Source: Candidatus Undinarchaeota archaeon
GTDB lineage: Archaea > SpSt-1190 > JASMDC01
Length of the DNA stretch: 40,240 nucleotides
Direction of reading: 5' to 3'
Assembly: GCA_964519305.1 (NCBI GenBank)
Contig: CAZFHY010000023.1
Span: forward strand, 1-40,240
Part shown: piece by piece, positions 24,976-32,855 of the stretch
How positions within the stretch are numbered: position 1 is the stretch's first letter
Layout of the letters: the number at the start of each line of letters is the position of its first letter
The notes under the pieces: model-generated
Database searches by the model: none
Told to the model about the DNA's origin: nothing
Seen by the model: the letters and a program-made list of their open reading frames with translations, nothing else
Translations under genes and position numbers: made by a program

Positions 24976-26922
24976 ATGGAGCTCAAGAAACGGCTGCCAG
25001 CGGTCCTGCTCTTGGTGTCCGTCATTCCCATGATGCTCATCGGTTTCATCACCCTCGACATCGCCGAACGCCAGGCGATCGGGCTGGCCGCGCAGAAGCT
25101 GGACTCGATAGCCTCGATCCAGGAGGCGCGGCTCGAAGAGGTCATGGACCGGAACCTAGAGCGGTTACGACTGGTCTCCAGCCGGACCCAGCTGCGCATC
25201 AGCTTGGAGCGGTACGCCCGCGAGGGTGGCGAGGAGGACCTGCTGAAGATGCGACGCATCTTGGTCGACGCCAAGGGCTCCATCCCTGATTTCGAAGAGG
25301 TCTCTGTGCTCGGTCTCGACGGGACCGTGGTCGCCTCGAGCGATCCCGCGTCCGAGGCGACCTCTCCCCTGGATGCCCGACATCGTGAGATGGCACTGGT
25401 CGGAGGGTTCATGGACATCGTCACCGACGAGCAGGGAACCTCCCGCCTCCGCCTCGCAGGACCCCTCGTGCTCGAGAACAGGACCATCGGCATCGCCCAC
25501 ATAACCGCGGGGATGACCAGCATCGCGGCCGTTGTCCAGGACCGGACCGGGCTGGAAGGGGATGGTGAGACCCTGCTCGCCATGCGCGGCCCCGCGGGCG
25601 AGGCCCTGTTCATCACGCCGATTCGGTCGGGGGCAATTCCCAACTCGGTGCCCGCCCAGCTCACGGACCTTCCCATCATGCAGGCCTTGGCGGGTACTGA
25701 GAGCACCTATACCAGCAAGGTCAATTACGCGGGCCTGAGCGTGCTCGCGGCGACGCGACATGTCGATGCGACCGGCTGGGGGCTCGTCGTACAGATAGAC
25801 GTGGCCGACGTGATCCAACCCGTCGACGATGTCCGGACAAAGGCGACCATCGCGCTGTTCATCTTCATGATGCCCCTCATCGCTATCGCGTTGATGACCG
25901 CCCACTCGATATCCCAGCCGCTAGTGAAGCTGCGGACCACCCTTGAGGACATCAGCATGGGGAACATGGAGACGACCATCGATCCCAAGCTCACGGGCTC
26001 ACGGGACGAGATCGGTGAGCTGGCCCGTGCCTTCGAGCGGATGATAGTGAGCCTCAAGCTGGCCATGAAGCTCACGGCACCCGAGCTGAAGCGGGAGAGC
26101 GACGAGCTGAGGCAGGTACTCAGGGAGAAGGAAGAAGCGGAGCGGGCGCTCAGGGAGAGCGAGGAGCGGTTCAAGACGCTCGTCCACAACGTCCCGGGGA
26201 CCGTCTACCGCTGCAGGAACGACGCCGACTGGTCGATGCACTTTATCAGCGACGAGGTTGAGGAACTGGTCGGGTACCCGGCCTCCGACTTCATCGACAA
26301 CGCTGAAAGGAGCTTCACCAGCGTCATCCACCCCGACGACCGGGAGATGGTCGATGCTGCTGTCCAGGAGGGTGTCGGGAAGAAACGGCCCTATATCATC
26401 GAGTACCGCGTCATCCATAAGGACGGGAGCGTCAAGTGGGTGTACGAGAAGGGGCAGGGAATCTTCGGGGAGGACGACAGGTTCCTGTGGCTCGACGGAG
26501 CTGTCTTCGACATCACCGAGCGCAAGGAGGCGGAGCGGGCGCTCAGGGAGAGCGAATCGCTGCTCAAGGCGACGCAGGAGATATCGCATGTGGGCGGTTG
26601 GACGTTCGATGTCGCCACAAGCGAGGTGACATGGACCGAAGAAGTCTATCGCATCCACGAGATGGAGCCCGATCCCGCCATCGACCACGTCGCCAAGAGC
26701 TCGAAGTGCTACCCGCCCGCCGACCGGGAGCGCGTCATGGCCGCTTTCACGCGCGCCATCGAGGAAGGTGTGCCCTACGATCTGGAGTGCCGGTTCATCA
26801 GCGTCAAGGGACGGAAGATGTGGGTGCGTACCACCGCGCGTGCCGAGAAGAAGAACGGGAAGGTCGTGCGCGTGATCGGCAACATCATGGACATCACCGA
26901 CCGGAAGCAGGCAGATGAGTAG
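24976..26922 (+). CDS. Membrane sensor: TM-Cache-TM-HAMP-PAS-PAS, no output domain
   Basis: Two TMs flank a Cache-like region (TGWGLVVQID). HAMP (SRDEIGELARAFERM). Two PAS/PAC units ending DITERK and DITDRK. No HisKA, HATPase or GGDEF motif. Confidence 0.85.
   Translation: MELKKRLPAVLLLVSVIPMMLIGFITLDIAERQAIGLAAQKLDSIASIQEARLEEVMDRNLERLRLVSSRTQLRISLERYAREGGEEDLLKMRRILVDAKGSIPDFEEVSVLGLDGTVVASSDPASEATSPLDARHREMALVGGFMDIVTDEQGTSRLRLAGPLVLENRTIGIAHITAGMTSIAAVVQDRTGLEGDGETLLAMRGPAGEALFITPIRSGAIPNSVPAQLTDLPIMQALAGTESTYTSKVNYAGLSVLAATRHVDATGWGLVVQIDVADVIQPVDDVRTKATIALFIFMMPLIAIALMTAHSISQPLVKLRTTLEDISMGNMETTIDPKLTGSRDEIGELARAFERMIVSLKLAMKLTAPELKRESDELRQVLREKEEAERALRESEERFKTLVHNVPGTVYRCRNDADWSMHFISDEVEELVGYPASDFIDNAERSFTSVIHPDDREMVDAAVQEGVGKKRPYIIEYRVIHKDGSVKWVYEKGQGIFGEDDRFLWLDGAVFDITERKEAERALRESESLLKATQEISHVGGWTFDVATSEVTWTEEVYRIHEMEPDPAIDHVAKSSKCYPPADRERVMAAFTRAIEEGVPYDLECRFISVKGRKMWVRTTARAEKKNGKVVRVIGNIMDITDRKQADE
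26137..26555 (+). repeat. 26-bp exact direct repeat flanking the first PAS domain
   Basis: GCGGAGCGGGCGCTCAGGGAGAGCGA at 26137-26162 and 26530-26555, 393 bp apart and in frame. Confidence 0.9.
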
Positions 26923-27051
26923 CTCAATGAGAACGAGGCGCACGTGCTCGACCTCCTCGACAACATGAGCGAGTCCATGCAGAGCACGGTGTCATCCGCA
27001 TCATTGACGAAACGGCTATAAAGGAAAAGGGTGCATCATGAGGTGGGCATC

Positions 27052-27666
27052 ATGAGCGACGAGGGGACCGATGTGACGTCCGGTGACAAGGAAGCTATCA
27101 TTGAGCCCCTGGTCCGCACTATGAATGATCACCCCGCTGGCGCCGTCGTGATGCTGGAACTACCGACCGAGGCCTACTTCGATGCGAACCTTGCCACTGT
27201 GGAGGGCCTTCTGAAACTCGGTTTCGAGGGTGTCTACGTCAGTGTTAACCGTCCCTTCCCGAACCTCGTGGAACTGTTCGGCCAGCGGGGGATCGACCTC
27301 AACAAGCTCTTGTTCATCGACATAGCGACCTTGCTAGCCGACACGGAGCGGACCGACGATCCGCGGTGCATCCACGTATCACCGGAGATCGACATCGACG
27401 AGCTGGTCCGGGCGATCTACACATCGCTCGAGCGCTTATCGGGCCCGAAACGATTCGTGTTCATCGACTCCCTCACCACGATCACGCTCTATAAACCTCT
27501 GTCCGAGACACTGAGGTTCTCTGAGTTCCTGCTCAGGACCATCCGCAAACATCACGATATCCAGAACATCAGCCTCGTGGTCAACGTCGCCGCCGACCTG
27601 GCCCAGAAACGGTTCATCCAGGACGTAGCCCTGAAGGTGGACGAGGTCATCAAGGTGAGCTTATGA
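27052..27666 (+). CDS. Degenerate single-domain KaiC/RecA-fold protein without Walker A
   Basis: GVYVSVNRP, LLFID and FVFIDSLTT (Walker-B-like) but no GxxGxGKT. GAGGTG RBS. Confidence 0.75.
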   Translation: MSDEGTDVTSGDKEAIIEPLVRTMNDHPAGAVVMLELPTEAYFDANLATVEGLLKLGFEGVYVSVNRPFPNLVELFGQRGIDLNKLLFIDIATLLADTERTDDPRCIHVSPEIDIDELVRAIYTSLERLSGPKRFVFIDSLTTITLYKPLSETLRFSEFLLRTIRKHHDIQNISLVVNVAADLAQKRFIQDVALKVDEVIKVSL

Positions 27667-28214
27667 TCGACTCCATCGTCGGTACGGCGATCGAGGAACT
27701 GCCCGAGGGGGGGATCGTTCTCCTCGAGACGGGCGAGGGGACCGAGCCAGAAGTGGGCGTGCAGGCCATGAGACAGCTGCTTAACCAGGGGTACAGCGGC
27801 ATGGTGCTCTCGGCGGGCCAGCCGCTGGATAAGCTGATCGAGCGCTGCAAGGACGAGGACTTCGACTGCGAGCGGCTCCTCATCCTCGACTGTGTGGGCG
27901 GGGGCGCGAAATGCCCAAAGGAGGCATCCGACCAGATAGTCCGTATCGATGACATCACCGACCTCACGCTCATCGTCGTGTCCATCATCAGCTCGATCAA
28001 GAAGCTACCGGCCAAGAAGTTCCTGCTCATCGACGACATCTCGGCCATGCTGGAGAAGAACCATCCGCTCTTCTTCGCGCGGTTCATGCACATAATCCTC
28101 ACGAACATACGCAACTACAACATGAGCGGCGTGCTCGTCTCCAAGAAGGACGGGATAAACAAGATGGTGCGGGCCGAGATCGCCCAGCTGTGCGACCGGG
28201 TCATCGAGATCTGA
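27663..28214 (+). CDS. Second degenerate KaiC/RecA-fold protein
   Basis: ATGA overlap with the upstream gene. LLILDCV, FLLIDDIS and QLCDRVIEI. No intact P-loop. Confidence 0.75.
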   Translation: MIDSIVGTAIEELPEGGIVLLETGEGTEPEVGVQAMRQLLNQGYSGMVLSAGQPLDKLIERCKDEDFDCERLLILDCVGGGAKCPKEASDQIVRIDDITDLTLIVVSIISSIKKLPAKKFLLIDDISAMLEKNHPLFFARFMHIILTNIRNYNMSGVLVSKKDGINKMVRAEIAQLCDRVIEI

Positions 28215-28297
28215 AACCACCGCACAAGCGCGTCACTACCCTTGCATGACACCACGTGCGTAAGACTTATATACCGGATGACATGCTTTTTTCTTGC

Positions 28298-29470
28298 ATG
28301 GGAGAGGAAAACGAATCCCAGGACTCATCATCACCGCTCGAGAAGTTGGCTAAAGGGGAGCAGACGATCTACCAGGCCATCCAGCTATGGGACTATCGCT
28401 CCAAGCAGAAGGCCGACGATTTCGAGACCGCAGTCATCAAGGGCGTAGTCAACGCCGCATCCTCCCAGGGCCTCACCGTGGACAAGTTCCCCGCATTCAT
28501 GCCCTTCCGCGACTCTGACGAGGACGAGATCCAGTCCGACGACAAGGCCAAGGTAATCTACGACGCCGACATGGACCGCTTGGCCGACAAGACGTTCGCC
28601 ATCATCGGGTTCAACGAGGGTCTGGCCAAGGACTCGGGCGAGTGCTTCGAGTACGGCCGCGCCGCCGCTCTCAACATCCCCAGCATCCTCACCATCTCCG
28701 ACTTCGAGTACTTCTCAAACCGCTACAAGGACGTGGAAGGCCAGGAGAGCATCCTCACCTACCCTATCGACCCTGTGGTCATGGCCGGTGTCGGAAAGGT
28801 CCTGGTGCTCAACGAGATCCCCTCCCTGGGGGAGGAGACCGTGCCGACTTCACGTGACTTCGCCACCGAGATGGCCAAGAAGGTCCAGTTCCGCAACAGG
28901 CTGGACGAGGGCATGCGCAAGATGTACGGCACCGTGGCCAAGGAGACCGAGAACCTGTGCCTCAACCGCGAGGATTACATCAGGGACATCCCCATGCCCG
29001 CAGCCGATGCTGAATCTGACGGCAAGACCGTATACCTGGCCATGGAAGGCCTGTACGAGTGGCAGCGGGAGAAGATGGACGAGATGCAGACCAAGCTCGA
29101 GGCCGACGGGTTCACCGTGTACCGTTCGGAGCGGTTCGACGCCGACACGCAAAGGGCGTTCGTCGCGCAGTACGGCAGCGAGCAGGCCGTGTACGAGCTG
29201 GGGCGTGCCGACCTGGAGAAGGTCGCAAAAGCGGACATCGTCGTCACCCTGGGCGACGGCGCGGACATGCCCGCGGGTCCGTCGTTCATCCAGGGATACG
29301 CCCGGACCACGGACAAGAACGTCATCACCTACTACACCGGCAACGCCCAGGTGGACGCCCACGGTGGCACCCAGATGCTCGTGAACCTCATGCTCGAGTA
29401 CTCGGCGGACAGAATCGCCCGGGACACCGACGAGGTCATCGGGTACGCCCGCGAGTTCGCCGGGATGTAG
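28298..29470 (+). CDS. Tandem nucleoside 2-deoxyribosyltransferase (NDT/DNPH1-like) domain protein
   Basis: Domain 1 has DSGECFEYGRAAALNIP. Domain 2 has VYLA..DLEKVAKADIVV..GYA..NLML. CTTATATA at 28266, about 25 nt before ATG 28298. Confidence 0.75.
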   Translation: MGEENESQDSSSPLEKLAKGEQTIYQAIQLWDYRSKQKADDFETAVIKGVVNAASSQGLTVDKFPAFMPFRDSDEDEIQSDDKAKVIYDADMDRLADKTFAIIGFNEGLAKDSGECFEYGRAAALNIPSILTISDFEYFSNRYKDVEGQESILTYPIDPVVMAGVGKVLVLNEIPSLGEETVPTSRDFATEMAKKVQFRNRLDEGMRKMYGTVAKETENLCLNREDYIRDIPMPAADAESDGKTVYLAMEGLYEWQREKMDEMQTKLEADGFTVYRSERFDADTQRAFVAQYGSEQAVYELGRADLEKVAKADIVVTLGDGADMPAGPSFIQGYARTTDKNVITYYTGNAQVDAHGGTQMLVNLMLEYSADRIARDTDEVIGYAREFAGM

Positions 29471-29495
29471 GTTATCTGCCCAAGGCGTTCATTCC

Positions 29496-29652
29496 GTGTC
29501 AAGGTAATCAATGCACTCTCACGCCTACATATCATTATCACTTACGTTGACATGCTGATGCTCCGCTTGTAGCTGTAGGGGCGACCGTATCGTGTGTCAA
29601 GGTAATCAAGGTGCTAACGGCGCCCCCTCCCCTTCGTCGCATACGTTGACAC
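29496..29652. repeat. Two ~57-bp units, each bounded by imperfect inverted repeats (TGTCAAGGTA / TACGTTGACA)
   Basis: GTGTCAAGGTAATCAA at 29496-29511 and 29594-29609. TACGTTGACA at 29543-29552 and 29642-29651. Interiors unrelated. Confidence 0.85.
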
Positions 29653-29780
29653 GTGGTCTCTTTTCTTATTGCCTCGCAGGCAATCGATCAAGAAGTTACT
29701 ACCGCCGGTAGTACCTTAATGACTTAACCATGGATCGCATACTATGACATATCTTCGAAGAAAAGGTCGATCAGTTTTCT

Positions 29781-30416
29781 GTGGTTCTCCATCTCGAGTG
29801 GCACAAGGTCCTCAGCGCCACGGACCTTGCCCGGCACTTCTCCTGCTCGACGCGGACCATCTTCAGGAAGCTCGAGGACAGCGGCTACCTCACCAGCTAC
29901 AACAAGAACGGTGAGATGCTCACGTTCCCGGACACCCCCGAGTTCGACGAGAACGGCCTCTGGGAGTACCGGGGCGCCAGATTCTCCATGTGGAGGAACC
30001 TCGGGCCCACCGTCCGCGCCCTTGTCGACGGGAGCGAACAGGGCCTGACCGCCTATGAGCTGGGGCGCCTCCTCTCCCACCCCAACGTCCACCACCACCT
30101 CCTCGAGTGCATCAGGAAGGGCCATCTCGTTCGTACCAGGCTACAGGGCTGCTCTGTCTACTACAGCGCGGACATCCTCAGGAGGCGAGAGCAGGAAGCT
30201 GCACGCTGTAGAAAGCAGCCGCCACCCCCCGTCCCAGACCTGACGACCACCGAGCTCGTCTGGCTCCTCCGAGCCGTGATCAGGTGCAACAATATCCCGT
30301 ACAAGGGGGTCACAGCTGCTCTTGAGGCCGACGGAAGGAAGGTGAGCGAACAGGCCGTACGATGGCTCGTCGAGGGGTGTCCGGGCGACGGTGCGGCACC
30401 CACCACCCCCGCTTAG
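29781..30416 (+). CDS. Multi-wHTH hypothetical protein, possibly mobile-element-associated or a relic
   Basis: HTH SATDLARHFSCSTRTIFRKL, then GYLTSYNKNG..FDENGLW..FS and a second wHTH (GLTAYELGRLL..VYYSAD). Start uncertain. Confidence 0.6.
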   Translation: MVLHLEWHKVLSATDLARHFSCSTRTIFRKLEDSGYLTSYNKNGEMLTFPDTPEFDENGLWEYRGARFSMWRNLGPTVRALVDGSEQGLTAYELGRLLSHPNVHHHLLECIRKGHLVRTRLQGCSVYYSADILRRREQEAARCRKQPPPPVPDLTTTELVWLLRAVIRCNNIPYKGVTAALEADGRKVSEQAVRWLVEGCPGDGAAPTTPA

Positions 30417-30475
30417 GAGCACGTCCCCACCGCCCGTCCGTGCATTTTTTAAAGCTCTCCACGATGATGGATAGT

Positions 30476-31042
30476 ATGGGGGTTAAGCTCACTCGTGAGC
30501 AGGGACGTCTGCTCTATCTCATCCATCTCCTCACCCGCACCGATAGCGAGGACGAGGTGGTCTGGGTCAAGGACCTGCCGCTCAAGGCGCTGCTCTACCA
30601 GGGCATCGTCCACGGGGTGTTCGACTGGGACTATGCTCCGCAGTCGGTGCTCTTCCACGGGCGGCGCAAGTTCATCAACGTCACCCAGGAGGGGGAGGAC
30701 GATATCAACGACCTGCGGGAGATCGGGTTCGTGGACAAGCTCCGTCTTTCCACCTCGGAGCACACCCATATCAACGCCTACCGACTCAGCAAAGAGGGAC
30801 TTGAGGCCGTCGAGGCCATCCTCGAGGACGATCAGGAAGCCGTGGAGGAACTTATCATCTGCCCCCAATGCAAGAAGGCCCGCGATGTCTACGTGGAGGC
30901 GACAGAGGCCTACTTCTTCTGCAAGGATTGCAACAAGAAGACCCCCATCGACCTGCTGGGCATCGAGGACGTCCCCTACATAACAGAGCCGTTCATGCCC
31001 CGGATCGCGCTGCTGGAGGAGGTGGTCCGCCATGGAGATTAA
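30476..31042 (+). CDS. Hypothetical winged-helix-like protein with C-terminal Zn ribbon
   Basis: DINDLREIGFV..AYRLSKEG is a wHTH wing pattern. CPQC..CKDC. TTTTAAA about 23 nt before ATG 30476. Confidence 0.75.
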   Translation: MGVKLTREQGRLLYLIHLLTRTDSEDEVVWVKDLPLKALLYQGIVHGVFDWDYAPQSVLFHGRRKFINVTQEGEDDINDLREIGFVDKLRLSTSEHTHINAYRLSKEGLEAVEAILEDDQEAVEELIICPQCKKARDVYVEATEAYFFCKDCNKKTPIDLLGIEDVPYITEPFMPRIALLEEVVRHGD

Positions 31043-32783
31043 GGACGAGCTCGAGGAGATCGTCTTCCTCAAGAACCCCCGCATCATGATCTGTGAGTGG
31101 ATCCCCTTCAACAAGAACCAGATAATGACGATCAACGATGACCTGGAGACCACCAAGCGCATCAAGTCCAACCTCTTCACATCGCGCATCGACACGACGC
31201 CCCACACGGCGACCTTCACGACCAATCCGGTCTTCACCGAGGTAAAGATCAAGGACTACGACGTCTCCCGGTTCGTACGCTTCGACGCGCAGGTGTTCTA
31301 TCCCGAGGACGTTGTCCAGATCGAGCGGTTCGGGGTCAACATCGACTTCTCGGGCCGTGTCATCTACGGCCTGGCGCTCAAGGATATCGACGGGTGCAAG
31401 GAGGTCCAGTCCCTGGACAAGATGTCTAGGGTCATCTCCGATGTCGTGCTCGACTCCTCCGTGATGGTGGACACCCTCCTGTCGGTGTTCCAGAAGCGCC
31501 TGCTCGACGTGGTCTTCTTCGATGATTCGAAGGAGCGGGACAAGTTCACCGTCATCATCGGTGACGAGATCACCCCGCACTTCGACGACAACGACAAGTA
31601 CCTGGACAAGGAGAAGCATGAGAACGAGCTCAATCAGGTGCTGGAGGCGGTGCACCGGGTGGTCACCCTCTCGCCCAAGGAGAAGGTGTTTGTGGGAAGT
31701 CACGGCATCATCCTTGTCAGCCCCGACTCTACTAAATACGAGGAGATCGTGTCCGTGGCCGCGTTCCTTTACTCGCTCCAGATCCTCCAGCGGAACATCT
31801 CCACCCGGATGTGGATCCTCTGGGACCAGATCCGCGAGACCAGAGAGAAGATACTTGCTGTGTCCGAGTCGGACACCGAGGGCATCTCGCACATCCAGGA
31901 GATGCTCTCCCAGATATCGGGGACCATCGTGCTCCTGGAAGAGATCACCAAGTACATGTCGCACTCGACGGCCTACATCCGCCGGGAGTGGAACGCCCTG
32001 CGCAAGAAGCTTGCGGATGACGAGTGCTGCGCGAACCTCGTGGAGGCGCTGGAGATCGATAAGCAGGCCCACACCCGCGGTGAGATCATCACCGATATCA
32101 AGATGGGCATATCCGGGCTCCAGAACGAGATATCGGGGCTCCGCGACATCGCCGGCACCATCGCGGAGAAGCAGATGAAGAAGGTGAATGAGGCGCTGCA
32201 GGAGAACATCGCCGAGATGCAGGAGATGACGCGGGCGTCGGACAGGACGGGTTCCGCGGTCGAGGTGCTCGAGATAATCCTGGCCGGATCGATATCCTTC
32301 GACATCGTCAACACCTTCTCCGGCGAGTACACCAATGAGCCCCTGGCGTTATGGGCGGGCGAACATCCCTCGCTCTGGTTCCTCATCATCCTGATGGTCT
32401 GGGGTGTGATCGGGTGGTTGCTTTACCGTATCATGGACCAGCTCCAGGCAGCATCGGAGAAGGACCTGCGGATTACGATGCGGTTCGACCACAAGGTGGA
32501 CACCGACCGGCTGAAGGCCTATATGGCAACCAAGGAGGTGCTCGTCTCGGAGGAGACCGCTGATGCCAACACGCGGCTCAAGCGAGTGTCATGGAAGGAG
32601 GATATCCTCGACCACGAGGCGTCGCTCCAGATATCCTTCGAGGCCGCCAGCGGCATCCTGCGCACCTTCAGCGCGGACGTGCCCTCGCCAGGTGTGCTCA
32701 CGGCACGCGACGTAAAAGGTTACCTGGTGGACCAGCTGAAGAAAGCTGAGGTCATAACCGAGGACGAACCGGTGTCGATGTAG
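31032..32783 (+). CDS. CorA/ZntB-like-architecture membrane protein lacking the GMN motif
   Basis: Soluble N-terminus, long amphipathic/coiled-coil helices, then two closely spaced TM segments and a C-terminal domain. 11-nt overlap with the upstream gene and a GGAGGTG RBS. The CDS is secure; the fold call is inference. Confidence 0.6.
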   Translation: MEIKDELEEIVFLKNPRIMICEWIPFNKNQIMTINDDLETTKRIKSNLFTSRIDTTPHTATFTTNPVFTEVKIKDYDVSRFVRFDAQVFYPEDVVQIERFGVNIDFSGRVIYGLALKDIDGCKEVQSLDKMSRVISDVVLDSSVMVDTLLSVFQKRLLDVVFFDDSKERDKFTVIIGDEITPHFDDNDKYLDKEKHENELNQVLEAVHRVVTLSPKEKVFVGSHGIILVSPDSTKYEEIVSVAAFLYSLQILQRNISTRMWILWDQIRETREKILAVSESDTEGISHIQEMLSQISGTIVLLEEITKYMSHSTAYIRREWNALRKKLADDECCANLVEALEIDKQAHTRGEIITDIKMGISGLQNEISGLRDIAGTIAEKQMKKVNEALQENIAEMQEMTRASDRTGSAVEVLEIILAGSISFDIVNTFSGEYTNEPLALWAGEHPSLWFLIILMVWGVIGWLLYRIMDQLQAASEKDLRITMRFDHKVDTDRLKAYMATKEVLVSEETADANTRLKRVSWKEDILDHEASLQISFEAASGILRTFSADVPSPGVLTARDVKGYLVDQLKKAEVITEDEPVSM

Positions 32784-32794
32784 GACAGGTTCTC

Positions 32795-32834
32795 AGAGAA
32801 AGAGAGGGAAGGGGCCCCGTACTATCGGGGCCCC
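32795..32834 (-). terminator. Stem-loop with pyrimidine tail between convergent genes
   Basis: GGGGCCCCG-TACTAT-CGGGGCCCC (32811-32834), followed on the minus strand by TTCCCTCTCTTTCTCT. Confidence 0.65.
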
Positions 32835-32855
32835 AGTCACTTGTCTAGTGAGGCT

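Noticed and set aside
24405-25706. 433-aa minus-strand ORF, and similar long antisense ORFs at 30993-32072, 35786-36997 and 37517-38572
   Set aside because: Shadow frames of well-supported genes in GC3-biased DNA, with no recognisable motifs.
26920-26922. Genome-wide TAG recoding (pyrrolysine)
   Set aside because: Many genes here end naturally at TAG (3613, 10713, 20003, 23185, 29470, 32783), several next to convergent genes.
29496-29652. Mini CRISPR array or integron attC sites
   Set aside because: Only two 16-bp copies with a 98-bp period, no cas or integrase gene, and the ends do not fit the RYYYAAC/GTTRRRY consensus.
29745-29747. TGA as selenocysteine
   Set aside because: No redox motif context and no recognisable SECIS.
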